Of a stretch of 25,106 nt of DNA, positions 6,874-15,015 are shown piece after piece. The stretch's first letter is position 1. Every line of letters begins with the position of its first letter. Made by a program: the position numbers and the translations under genes. The notes below the pieces were generated by a model that made no database searches, was not told where the DNA came from, and was given only the letters and a program-made list of their open reading frames with translations. This stretch comes from a virus (lineage: Duplodnaviria; Caudoviricetes): the IMG/VR virus record IMGVR_UViG_3300030673_000044, positions 1-25,106 of that record; one strand, written 5' to 3'.

Positions 6874-8961
6874 TCAGTCCTTTCTGTAGCGGTAAGTCTC
6901 AAACCCCGCAGCAGCGAGCGGGATTCCCTTGGCCCAGCTCGGAGCGGTGGCCATCATTCCGGCCAGGGCTTCGGTGTTGTAGTCGTCGGTGTCGGGGGTT
7001 TCTGTGATTGCTTCATCGTGGATTTTTACCAAGATCCCGTACCCCGCTTTTTCGATAGCTGGGGTGTTGTAAAAAAACAAATCACGGGCAAAGCCCTGAT
7101 TGGCGTTTTCGATAATTTTGCCCCCGTATGTCTTGATAGCGCCCCACTGCCTCGTGTATTGGTTGACCCCAAAATAGGTGATCTGCCCGTCGTCAGCCAC
7201 GCTCGGGTTGATGTAGCAGAGGTAGCGGCCACTAGGCAGACGGATGCGCAACCACGCACCATCGCGGCGGGCCTTGAGGTGCTCGCCGATGGTGAAGCTC
7301 TGGCCCGGGTTGGCTATGGCGGCGCGCACTGAGTCGCCTGCGGCTTTCCAAAGTGCTTTGGTGTTGGGGTGAGCTTCACGCCAGCCCAGCACCAGAACCT
7401 CACAGGCAACCCACACCTTTTCCGGCAGGCCCAAGGTGCTGCGCCGTTGCTTCTTAAACCAGGCGTACATACCCTGGGCTTGCTTGATGGCCTCTGGGCT
7501 GGCTGCTTCCCACACAGCGGTGGCCAGCTCTTCAAGGTCCATACCGTACACAATGGCGAACGTGATGAACGCAGCGACACCCCCCTCGTACCCTAGACCC
7601 AACTCCATGACCTTGCCAATCTGGCGCATGGGCTTGGTGACCTCTTCAGGGGTGATGTTGAACGCGGCGGCGTAGGCGCGCTTATACAGGTCGGCACCGA
7701 TGCCCTGATCAAACTCGGCGAACGCCTTCAACTTCCATTGTTCACTCGCCAAGAATGCAAGCCCACGGCCTTCAATGTTGGACAAGTCAGCGACGACCAG
7801 CTTCTTGCCGGGCGGGGCGATGATGCAGCCACGGATAGCGTTGGCTGTCTGCTGCATCACGTTGGTGTAGACCAAATCAGCGCAGCCAATTTTGAGAGCT
7901 TCGACCACCAGCTCCTGGGCTTCGCCGTCGAATCCCAGCTCTGGGCGAGGCAAGTTGCCCGGCTGGAATAGCCGGTGTGCGTCACGCCCAGTGCGTGAGG
8001 CCCCGCAGAACTGGGTGGTATTGCGCAGGCGGCCATCACTACTTACAGAGTTCGTCAACGCCTTGTACTTGGCGGTGCTGGTCTTGGTGGCCTCAAGACG
8101 GATGGCCAGCAGCAGCTTGACCGCTTCGGGCAGTTCTGGGTCTTCCATCCGACGGCGCAGGGTATCGGCCTTCATGTCTGGCAAGGTGACACCGTACTCA
8201 GCGCAGATGAATGCCAGCAGGTTGTCGCGCTGGCTGACGTTGGTCACGAGCCCGTTTGTTTGCTCGGTGACCTCAGCTTTCATTCGCTTTTGTTCGATGG
8301 CAACAGCCTGAATCGCGGCATTTGCCAGGTGTAAGTCAACCGCCACCCCCCGATCATTAATTCGCTGGTCAAGGTGCCAGAGGACCAGTTCAGGGTGCCC
8401 AGCACGATAATTCCAGGTTGGAAGACGTTTGCTGCTTGCACGCATGGCGATGATGTCTTGTCTGCTGTACTCAAGGAATTCGGCCCACTGTTCGGGATGT
8501 GTTTTACGGGTAGCCCTCCTGAGAGTTGAGTTCTTTGGGCGCGGCTTGCACAGAAGCATGATCAACTCCCTGCCGCGCTTGTCTTTGGCCAGGTCAGCCT
8601 CGAGACCAACGATCTGGCCAACCTTGTCCAGGCTGCCTGGCAAACCGTGCGCCATCGCCTGGATCATGGTGTCCGTGAACCGCTCAACGGGGATATCTAG
8701 ACCCCAGCAGTGACGCATCAACGTGCGGTCAAAAACCGCGTTGTGAAATACCAACACCGTGTTCGGGTCGTTCAGGTGTTTGAGAGATGCAGCGCTTGGC
8801 TGCTTGCGCCCAGTCAGATCCTCAACAACGGGCTCGCCGTCGTTCAGCGCCCACTGCCAAACAATAATTTCCGTGGACTCATGCTCGGCGTATCTGTGGG
8901 TGCCTGCGCTCCTGAGGTCGCATTCGGAGAATGTTTCGGTATCCCCCCAGAGGATGTTCAT
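6874..8961 (-). CDS. polA: Family A DNA polymerase with 3'-5' exonuclease (APSE/BPP-1 type)
   Basis: Exo I DTETFS, Exo II HNAVFDR, Exo III YSRQD; motif A VADLSNIEGR, motif B RQIGKVMELGLGY, motif C IHDE; ATG 8961 in ATGA overlap. Confidence 0.95.
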   Translation of the reverse strand: MNILWGDTETFSECDLRSAGTHRYAEHESTEIIVWQWALNDGEPVVEDLTGRKQPSAASLKHLNDPNTVLVFHNAVFDRTLMRHCWGLDIPVERFTDTMIQAMAHGLPGSLDKVGQIVGLEADLAKDKRGRELIMLLCKPRPKNSTLRRATRKTHPEQWAEFLEYSRQDIIAMRASSKRLPTWNYRAGHPELVLWHLDQRINDRGVAVDLHLANAAIQAVAIEQKRMKAEVTEQTNGLVTNVSQRDNLLAFICAEYGVTLPDMKADTLRRRMEDPELPEAVKLLLAIRLEATKTSTAKYKALTNSVSSDGRLRNTTQFCGASRTGRDAHRLFQPGNLPRPELGFDGEAQELVVEALKIGCADLVYTNVMQQTANAIRGCIIAPPGKKLVVADLSNIEGRGLAFLASEQWKLKAFAEFDQGIGADLYKRAYAAAFNITPEEVTKPMRQIGKVMELGLGYEGGVAAFITFAIVYGMDLEELATAVWEAASPEAIKQAQGMYAWFKKQRRSTLGLPEKVWVACEVLVLGWREAHPNTKALWKAAGDSVRAAIANPGQSFTIGEHLKARRDGAWLRIRLPSGRYLCYINPSVADDGQITYFGVNQYTRQWGAIKTYGGKIIENANQGFARDLFFYNTPAIEKAGYGILVKIHDEAITETPDTDDYNTEALAGMMATAPSWAKGIPLAAAGFETYRYRKD

Positions 8962-9170
8962 ACGGTCCACCCTGCAGCTGTCTTGGCGCGCACCCGCTCA
9001 CCCCGTGCGGCTTGGGTAATTGAGGTGTAAGTCTTGCCGCGCGCCAGGCGAGGGTATTCTCTCCCAGCTTTGGACACCGCGCGCATGTAGCGGTCAACGC
9101 TTCGCACGTTGCCCAGGTCGCTGACTTGGTAGCGGCCTTCGTAGCCGGGTATGTCTTTCCAAATTTCCAT
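8958..9170 (-). pseudogene. NUMOD4-motif homing endonuclease remnant lacking the HNH domain
   Basis: MEIWKDIPGYEGRYQVSDLGNVRS (NUMOD4) joined directly to GKTYTSITQAAR (NUMOD1-like); no HNH motif; 70 aa. Confidence 0.75.
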
Positions 9171-9349
9171 CTTGGTCTTTCAAAAAATTAGGTTGACCCG
9201 TCAAAGTGATTACCCGCTTCAGAATTATGGCCTCGCGGTCATGGTCAGATTCACCTAGCTGAAATGTCCGGCGCGGGACCAGGTAAACCTCAATCACTTA
9301 TTTGTTGCCCGGTGGAGTCGTACCGTCGCATCAAGGAGAGAGCGCCCCC

Positions 9350-9477
9350 GCTGTTTGGTGAGTAGCTGCAGACTTGGCAGTGGCTTATCCGACTCGCCGA
9401 CTGTTCCCATTACTGGGTGTTCTGCCTCTGAACTAACTGCTGGCCCGACTAGGCCCTGCAGCCACTCACCAAACAGC
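9350..9477 (-). ncRNA. Structured RNA: 22-bp closing stem around a small hairpin and a tRNA-like cloverleaf (9375-9440)
   Basis: Arms 9350-9371 / 9456-9477 pair fully on the minus strand with one G-U; internal GTTC/GAAC, CCCA-GTAA-TGGG, GGC/GCC and GCAGT/ACTGC stems. Confidence 0.65.
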
Positions 9478-9493
9478 CCTGTTGCCAGGGCTG
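9470..9493 (-). terminator. Terminator-like hairpin after DUF2815 gene
   Basis: CAGCCCTG-GCAA-CAGGGCTG followed by a short TTT; weak U tract. Confidence 0.45.
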
Positions 9494-9499
9494 CGCTCG

Positions 9500-10114
9500 T
9501 TATGCGAAGTCGTCGGCCCCTGCGCCTTCCTCGACGCTCTCGAACTCGTCGGCATCGGCTGGGCGGCCTGCGCTGAAGCTGTCACCGTCAGCAAAGAACT
9601 GGATGCCGCGCAACCGGGCGTTCACGCGCTGGCCAAAGTTGTTGTCTTGCGCCCACAGTTCAATCGCCGCATTCACGTAGCACCCAGAGTACGGGCGGCC
9701 CAACTTAGCCGACAGGAGGGAGCGATCAAGGTCAATCACTGTTGGCGCGGCGTTTTCCAATGCACTTGGCGACAGAAAGAAGTTGCCCGGGTAGCCGTCG
9801 TAGCTCGGTTTAGCGTCACCATCGTGCACGGCCAGGCGGTCCTTTTTTTCAAGGGCGAGGTACACGCCTTCCCACAGCGGCTTACCCGCCTTGTCTTTGC
9901 CCGTCCACTTTTCACGAGCAACCGCTTTTTGCTTTTCAATCAAAGCGTTGTACTGGGGGTGGTCTGGCGGAACAATAAGACCACAGTTATATTTTGGCTT
10001 TGCTGTGGCGTCAGCGCCAGGGATAACCGTTGCTTCAAACAGACCTTGGGCAAATGAAAGGCGCACGTTCTTGAGCAAGATGCGACCAATTGGGGTGGGT
10101 TGAGTAGTTGCCAT
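9500..10114 (-). CDS. DUF2815 family ssDNA-binding protein
   Basis: KNVRLSF..LF, DGD, YSGCYVNA.I..WAQDN..G..VNA.L.GIQF..DGD.F, acidic tail; AAGGA RBS. Confidence 0.9.
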   Translation of the reverse strand: MATTQPTPIGRILLKNVRLSFAQGLFEATVIPGADATAKPKYNCGLIVPPDHPQYNALIEKQKAVAREKWTGKDKAGKPLWEGVYLALEKKDRLAVHDGDAKPSYDGYPGNFFLSPSALENAAPTVIDLDRSLLSAKLGRPYSGCYVNAAIELWAQDNNFGQRVNARLRGIQFFADGDSFSAGRPADADEFESVEEGAGADDFA

Positions 10115-10134
10115 GGTAGGGTTCCTTTAAAAAG

Positions 10135-11469
10135 TTAAGCAAGATCGTCAAGTGGGGCCACATCAGTGAAGTCATCTACAACCGGCGTGACCTCCAATGC
10201 CGGGCGAGAATCGGAAACAGGCGCCACGTGGGGCTTGGCTGGCGCTCTGGTAATGAGGGCTTCGACCTTGGGCCACTGGCGGGGGCCAATGACAGGGGGT
10301 GTCGCACCTGGTTTGATAGCTTTGGGTTTGCCGTCTTTGTCAAGGGCAGGGCCGAGCTTGGCTATCTGCGTGGGGCTCTTGATGCTGAAGTCGTACATGT
10401 CGGCCTCTTTCAACCGCATCGACTTCAGCGTGGCCTCGGCAACCTTGGCGTCGGCCCATGCACGATTACTTTGCTTGCCCTGCACCAGCTTGTAGCCCGG
10501 CACGCTGTCACCAGCCAGCAGACGACGCTCGACCTCGGCACGCACGGCCTTGCACCAGTCTTCGATCAGGTTGGCTTTGTCTAGGCACACTGACAGCCAC
10601 AAGCTTGTCTCGTCCAATGTTTCGACAGCCTCTGACACAGGCACAACGTTGGCGTCTGCGAACTCGTCAGGACTGGCCGGGGTGTACCCAACGTCCAGCA
10701 TGGTGGCGGCCACCTCAGCCCGCAATTGTGGGCAAGTCGCCTTTGCCTTGCAAAACTTACATTGCTTTTCACCGGGGCGCAAAAACGTTTCATTGAACTG
10801 CGGGTGCTCGGTGAGCGTTTCAGCGTGCAGGCAGGCAACCACGGCGGCCTTGGCTGTGTTGTGACCCCACACTTCCAGTGCTTCGACGCTCATGTCGTAC
10901 TCGCTGGGCACGGCTTTGATGCGTGGTTGGCTGATGGCGATGCGCACCATGTCAAAGTCAGCCACCAGACCGTTGTATGCCTGCAACGCACCGAGGGCGT
11001 AGAGCATCATCTGCGGGTTCTTTTCGGCACTGACCTCAACACCCATGCCATATTTGAAGTCCACAACAATCAGCTCACTGCCCCGAGCAAGGATCACGTC
11101 GGCGGTGCCCCAAGCGGCGTCGAACTCAACGTCGAGGTAGGTAGAGTAGTTGACACGGATGTCAGCAAACACCACACCGTCGCTGCCAGCCAGGGCGTGC
11201 ACATAGTCGATAGTCGTCTGCACGTGGCCCGCCATGTCCGCGTCGACCACAAACACAAAGCCCTCGGCCTCTATGTCAATTCCAATGAACGAGTGCGCTA
11301 TGCGCCCCTGTTGCAGCGCCCAAGTTAGTACCTGGTGCGCAGCCGTGCCTTCAGCGGCGTACTTGCTGGTGCTGTTGGGCTTGCCAGCTTCGAGCACATG
11401 CTTGCCTGGGCAAAGCATGATGGACTCGAATTTGCTGGCACCCCAGGCGGAGTGTTGGGCTTCAGCCAT
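10135..11469 (-). CDS. DUF2800 family PD-(D/E)XK (Cas4-like) exonuclease
   Basis: HS..GAS.....CPG, AAEGTAAH, WGTADVI, VVDFKYGMG, NPQMMLYALGA, PGEKQCKFCKAK..CP. Confidence 0.9.
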   Translation of the reverse strand: MAEAQHSAWGASKFESIMLCPGKHVLEAGKPNSTSKYAAEGTAAHQVLTWALQQGRIAHSFIGIDIEAEGFVFVVDADMAGHVQTTIDYVHALAGSDGVVFADIRVNYSTYLDVEFDAAWGTADVILARGSELIVVDFKYGMGVEVSAEKNPQMMLYALGALQAYNGLVADFDMVRIAISQPRIKAVPSEYDMSVEALEVWGHNTAKAAVVACLHAETLTEHPQFNETFLRPGEKQCKFCKAKATCPQLRAEVAATMLDVGYTPASPDEFADANVVPVSEAVETLDETSLWLSVCLDKANLIEDWCKAVRAEVERRLLAGDSVPGYKLVQGKQSNRAWADAKVAEATLKSMRLKEADMYDFSIKSPTQIAKLGPALDKDGKPKAIKPGATPPVIGPRQWPKVEALITRAPAKPHVAPVSDSRPALEVTPVVDDFTDVAPLDDLA

Positions 11470-11626
11470 AGACCCTCCACGCGAGCTTACCGGGCTTAAA
11501 GCTGTTGTCTTTTGGCGTCAGCAACAGTTCAGCCTGCTTTGTGGTTGGGGCGAATGCTGGGTCAGCTCTGAGCCTGGCCCCAAGTTGGCGGCGCAGCTTG
11601 CGCACCGGAAAGTTGCGGGGCTTCAT
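11462..11626 (-). CDS. Small basic hypothetical protein, 54 aa
   Basis: TGATG coupling at 11624-11628, GAGG RBS. Confidence 0.55.
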   Translation of the reverse strand: MKPRNFPVRKLRRQLGARLRADPAFAPTTKQAELLLTPKDNSFKPGKLAWRVYG

Positions 11627-12111
11627 CACGCCACCTCTTCCAGCGCGGCATTCACAGCGGTCAACGCGGCGAACCACTTGTCTTCAGACAGTTCCTTGAA
11701 GGTCTTGACGCCGAAGCTGGCGGCCACGGCGGCGGCCTTTTCGCGGCTCTTACTGGCCAGGGTGAACACCGCTTTTTGCAAGACAGGATATTCGACTGAT
11801 TCGGAGGGCTTCTCCGAAGAGGTCGTAACCTCCGACTTTGGGGCGGGCTTGTCCTCCAGCACGCCAGCAGTGCCCGCGCTGGTGATCTGGCTCTTGTCGT
11901 CCGGATGGTTGGGCTGGCGCACCTGCTTGCCCGCTGGGATCTTGTCGGCGGGGATGAACTCGCCGCTTTCAAGGGCGATGCTGGGGACTATTTTCTTGGC
12001 CTCCTTTTTAGGGGCAACATCTTCCCCGCCGACCAGCGAAGAGCTTGGAATTTCCAGCAGTGCGGCGCGGGCTGCCTCGATGGATTTGAATGTAAGGGTG
12101 ACTGTTAACAC
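11626..12111 (-). CDS. Hypothetical replication-module protein (typical upstream of DUF2800)
   Basis: GTG with GAAAGGA RBS; low-complexity middle, C-terminal ..FGVKTFKELSEDKW domain. Confidence 0.75.
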   Translation of the reverse strand: MLTVTLTFKSIEAARAALLEIPSSSLVGGEDVAPKKEAKKIVPSIALESGEFIPADKIPAGKQVRQPNHPDDKSQITSAGTAGVLEDKPAPKSEVTTSSEKPSESVEYPVLQKAVFTLASKSREKAAAVAASFGVKTFKELSEDKWFAALTAVNAALEEVA

Positions 12112-12141
12112 GGTGAGTTCCTTTCAGGGTTGGTAAAACAT

Positions 12142-12171
12142 AGTGTAGCGGATGCTAAAGCGGTTTGGAAA
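12142..12171 (-). promoter_or_regulatory. Leftward promoter (-35 TTTCCA, 18 nt, -10 TACACT) overlapped by operator 12144-12159
   Basis: TGTAGCGGATGCTAAA; lies in the intergenic gap heading the replication genes. Confidence 0.65.
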
Positions 12172-12175
12172 CTTT

Positions 12176-12763
12176 TTATGCACAAATGCGACGAAATTCA
12201 GCTTCTTGCGCGGCCCGTGTGGCAGCCTGTGCAGCCTGTGCGGCGGCCCATGTGGCAGCCCGTGCGGCAGCCCGTGCGGCAGCCTGTGTGGCAGCCTGTG
12301 CGTCCCGTGCGGCAGCCCGTGCGGCAGCCCGTGCGGCGTCCCGTGCGGCGTCCCGTGCGGCCCATGCTGCGTCCCGTGCGGCGTCCCGTGCGGCCCATGC
12401 TGCGTCCTGTGCCTCCTGTGCTGCGTCCTGTGCTGCGTCCTGTGCTGCGGCTAGTTCCGCGTGCGAGGCTTCCCCCTTTGCGTATCGCTCCACCACGTCC
12501 AACGCGGTAATGCTACGGGGGTCGGTCATCAGGTGTTGCACCTGACGTGCACACCAAACAACAAACAGCCTGATCTCTTTGTCGTGACCTTCAACAGCCT
12601 GAAGGCACCACAAGGCATCATCAAGGCCGTTGCTGTCAAGAATTTGAATCAGGGTTACAGGCTCGTCGTCGGCCTTGGTTTTGCCCAAAGTGCCGAGCAA
12701 CTGCTTCCAGCCTTCGGTGCAGGGGGAGTGTTTGCGTATTTTGTTCAATGTGGTTTGCATCAT
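12176..12763 (-). CDS. Phage protein with C-terminal Ala-rich tetrapeptide repeats (AARD/AARA/AAW)
   Basis: AAGGAG RBS, ATG 12763; TTLNKIR.HSPC..GW..LL..LGKTKADDEP...NGLDDALWCL family-like N-terminus. Confidence 0.8.
   Translation of the reverse strand: MMQTTLNKIRKHSPCTEGWKQLLGTLGKTKADDEPVTLIQILDSNGLDDALWCLQAVEGHDKEIRLFVVWCARQVQHLMTDPRSITALDVVERYAKGEASHAELAAAQDAAQDAAQEAQDAAWAARDAARDAAWAARDAARDAARAAARAAARDAQAATQAAARAAARAATWAAAQAAQAATRAAQEAEFRRICA
12205..12450. repeat. Imperfect 12-bp tandem repeats (e.g. GCCCGTGCGGCA, GTCCCGTGCGGC, TGCGTCCTGTGC)
   Basis: Directly visible; encode the Ala-rich tail of 12176..12763. Confidence 0.9.
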
Positions 12764-12782
12764 GGTGAGTTCTCCTTGGTGG

Positions 12783-13058
12783 CTAAGTTGTTGCCTTGTC
12801 GATAGCGGCTTGGGCCTGCGCAAACGCGGTGTCAAGCTGTTCGCCGTGCGCGGTCATCACGAACTGCAGCGCCACCAGCAAGTCCTTGGCTGCCGAGATC
12901 AGCTTCGCGTTGTCATGCATGAAGGGGCTGTATGCCACCTCGGCCACCGTGCGGGTGTGATCCCCATCCAGTGAAATGACGACCGGGCGCGGCCAGACGT
13001 GTGCATCGAGGGACGGTGTGAGCGCCCAGGTGCCGGGCGTGAATTGTGGGGTGGGCAT
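12783..13058 (-). CDS. Phage early protein, 'TPGPW...NA.LIAAA.DLL.AL' type
   Basis: AGGAG RBS, ATG 13058; FTPGTW...NAKLISAAKDLLVAL...AQAAIDKA. Confidence 0.8.
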   Translation of the reverse strand: MPTPQFTPGTWALTPSLDAHVWPRPVVISLDGDHTRTVAEVAYSPFMHDNAKLISAAKDLLVALQFVMTAHGEQLDTAFAQAQAAIDKATT

Positions 13059-13090
13059 GTCGTTCTCCTGGTTGCGTTGTTGATGGCTTA

Positions 13091-13200
13091 AATGTAGCAC
13101 ATGCTAAAAACACAATGCAATAGATTCCCGACTTAAGCGTGGGGTTTTTAGCGATCTGTTGCTTTTTTTATGCTGCGATAGCTTTACAGCGTGCTAAAAT
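13091..13200. promoter_or_regulatory. Divergent control region: leftward promoter (TTGCAT-18-TACATT), rightward extended -10 (TGcTAAAAT), operators 13093-13108 and 13183-13198
   Basis: AT-rich gap between divergent genes; each -10 is overlapped by a TTTAGCA-NN-TGCTAAA-type site. Confidence 0.75.
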
Positions 13201-13206
13201 TGGCGC

Positions 13207-13536
13207 ATGAAAACACTACACCCAATGACAGTCTGGATGTCGGCGGCCACCGTCGAAGAACAGATTCTTCTCGCGTCCAAGGCTGGCACCAGTCGGGGGC
13301 ATCTGTATCAGCTGTCTGGCGGCCACCGGCAGGCTAGCGCCATCATGGCGGGCAAGATTGAAGCTGCCACTGCTGAAATGAACAAGGCCAGCAAAGGCCG
13401 ATTGCCCAAGGTGGTGCGTACTGACCTCTGCGAAGCGTGCCAGGTCTGCCAGTACGCGGCCAAGTGCCTGGGCTCACGGGCGGTGGTCAGCGAATTTCCA
13501 ATTGTCGATTCACGTCAACTGGAGTTGCAGCTATGA
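13207..13536 (+). CDS. Cro/CI-like HTH regulator with C-terminal CxxCxxCx5C cluster
   Basis: QILLASKAGTSRGHLYQLSGGHRQAS HTH; first gene after divergent promoters. Confidence 0.8.
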   Translation: MKTLHPMTVWMSAATVEEQILLASKAGTSRGHLYQLSGGHRQASAIMAGKIEAATAEMNKASKGRLPKVVRTDLCEACQVCQYAAKCLGSRAVVSEFPIVDSRQLELQL

Positions 13537-13723
13537 GGTTTGAAAAAGTTTCCAAAGCGATTGCTGAGGCCAAAAGATTTATTGAGGCCGCCGAAAGGGT
13601 TAATCCTGCCCAGGGGATACTGTCATATATCCGTGGTGCGAAAACGGCAAACAATCGGCGTCGGCTAAACGCGCATCGCTGGATTTGACCCGCGCTTTGG
13701 CCGAAATGCGGAGCCGAGCATGA
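13533..13723 (+). pseudogene. Small phage protein, frameshifted near GGGG 13613-13616
   Basis: N-half AIAEAKRFIEAA; -1 frame gives ...SASAKRASLDLTRALAEMRSRA* (TGA 13721-13723), the expected C-terminus of this family as I recall it. Confidence 0.6.
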
Positions 13724-13767
13724 CCTTCGGTTCCTCCCCCCCCGGCTGCCCTGTTCTCTGCAAATAA

Positions 13768-13956
13768 ATGACCCCCAAACTTCGCACCGGCATGCGTCTG
13801 GCGTTGCCCAGTGGCAACACCCTAGTGCTGAAGTCTCGTGTGCGTGAGCTGTGGGTGTGTGAGCTGTGGGTGTGTGAGTTCCTGCCTGGGTGCAAGGCCC
13901 GTGGCGAGGTGGAATTCACAGGTGCCTACTTGCGCAAGTGGGGCACACAAATTTAG
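13768..13956 (+). CDS. Hypothetical protein containing a 15-bp tandem duplication (ELWVC x2)
   Basis: ORF track; GTGAGCTGTGGGTGT at 13844-13858 and 13859-13873. Confidence 0.6.
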   Translation: MTPKLRTGMRLALPSGNTLVLKSRVRELWVCELWVCEFLPGCKARGEVEFTGAYLRKWGTQI

Positions 13957-13981
13957 CAAATAGTAAAAATGGTGGTACAGT
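13952..13981 (+). promoter_or_regulatory. Rightward promoter (TTAGCA-17-TACAGT, extended TG) with operator 13952-13967
   Basis: TTTAGCAAATAGTAAA is 2 mismatches from the operator consensus; precedes structured leader. Confidence 0.6.
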
Positions 13982-15015
13982 CCGAGTGCCAAACCATTAC
14001 TGTCCCGCCATGGGTGGGGGTTCCGACCCGTGGACAGCGGGTAGGGTTTGGCGACTTCGGAACCCCCACCCATGACGATTTTGAAAGCGCAAAAATGTCA
14101 TGCCAGCCTATTACAACGAGATCGATCCCTACGCCGCCCAGTGGATCAGAAACCTTATCGCAGCAGGGCACATCGCTGACGGGGTTGTCGATGAACGCAG
14201 TATCGAAGACGTTCACCCCATCGAACTCCAAGAATTCACGCAGTGCCACTTCTTTGCTGGAGTCGGCGTCTGGTCCCGAGCTTTGCGCTGTGCGGGATGG
14301 CCTGACGACCGAAGAGTTTGGACAGGCTCTTGCCCATGTCAGCCTTTCAGCACGGCAGGCAAAGGCGCTGGGTTTGCTGACGAGCGGCACTTGTGGCCAG
14401 CTTTCTATCACCTCATCGAACAGTGCCGCCCTGAATGCGTCTTTGGTGAGCAGGTTGCAAGCAAGGACGCAAACCCTTGGATCGACCTTGTACACACTGG
14501 CTTGGAAGCCTTGGGTTACGCCTTCGGGGCGGTCCCGTTTCCGGCTGCGAGCGTCGGTGCGCCGCACATCCGAGACAGACTTTACTGGGTGGCCAACGCC
14601 TCGGGTACAGGACTCCAAATATGCAGAGGCCACACCATGGGAAGTGGAGAACCGCAAGGCTGATTACTTGCTGCACACGTCGGCGAGTTTAGCGTCGTGG
14701 GCAACCCCCACGACGCGCGGCTACAAGGACTCGAATCTAGCGGGGTGGCCTACGGCAACCTGCAACACCAAGGATCAGCCGACCACGCAACGCGGATTGG
14801 AAACTTTGGCGGGAATGGCCAAGATAGCAGGCCCGGCCCGACTAACGGCCACTGGCGAGATGCTGACTGGCTCTACTGCCGGGATGACAAGTTCAGGTCC
14901 GTTGAACCCGGCACATTCCCGCTGGCTCATAGGGCTCCCGCCCGAGTGGGACGCCTGCGCGCCTATGGAAACGCGGTCAACGCTATCCAAGCGCAAAGCT
15001 TTATCCAAGCCGTGA
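13969..15015 (+). CDS. Overlapping-frame methyltransferase beta-like polypeptide (true start probably internal, 14095 or later)
   Basis: 348 open codons in a second frame across the MTase; WPTP/WATP/WPTA repeats and [16 protein letters not shown] (motif IX-like). Confidence 0.65.
   Translation: MVVQSECQTITVPPWVGVPTRGQRVGFGDFGTPTHDDFESAKMSCQPITTRSIPTPPSGSETLSQQGTSLTGLSMNAVSKTFTPSNSKNSRSATSLLESASGPELCAVRDGLTTEEFGQALAHVSLSARQAKALGLLTSGTCGQLSITSSNSAALNASLVSRLQARTQTLGSTLYTLAWKPWVTPSGRSRFRLRASVRRTSETDFTGWPTPRVQDSKYAEATPWEVENRKADYLLHTSASLASWATPTTRGYKDSNLAGWPTATCNTKDQPTTQRGLETLAGMAKIAGPARLTATGEMLTGSTAGMTSSGPLNPAHSRWLIGLPPEWDACAPMETRSTLSKRKALSKP
14009..14074 (+). ncRNA. P4 CI / P1 C4-like antisense regulatory RNA candidate
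   Basis: Perfect 18-bp inverted repeat 14009-14026 / 14057-14074, inner CCCG/CGGG hairpin; exposed GGACAG and GGTTTGGC are complementary to 14000-14005 and 13988-13995. Confidence 0.65.

Noticed and set aside
8669-8700. Fourth GTGTCCGT late-promoter motif
   Set aside because: Inside and antisense to the polymerase gene, with the -10-like hexamer one base off and lacking the final T; likely chance
9094-9297. 67-aa ORF upstream of the NUMOD4 remnant
   Set aside because: No clear RBS, no recognisable motif, and overlaps NUMOD4 by 77 nt; cannot be supported
9375-9440. Functional tRNA gene or integration-site tRNA fragment
   Set aside because: No 7-nt anticodon loop, only 5-bp acceptor pairing and a broken T-stem; reported as tRNA-like only
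11234-12136. Long + strand ORF (300 aa) and similar antisense ORFs over pol, portal and MCP
   Set aside because: Opposite-strand shadows of well-supported genes in GC-rich DNA, with no recognisable motifs
10135-12450. CRISPR-Cas (Cas4-like nuclease beside a repeat array)
   Set aside because: Repeats are spacer-less 12-bp coding tandem units; DUF2800 is a standard member of this replication module
12130-12545. Cys-rich metallothionein-like and Pro/Arg-rich + strand ORFs
   Set aside because: Antisense shadows of the Ala-rich repeat gene; no RBS and against operon direction
1499-14663. Stop-codon reassignment explaining in-frame stops
   Set aside because: The three internal stops are TAG, TAA and TGA, and all three codons also end normal genes here
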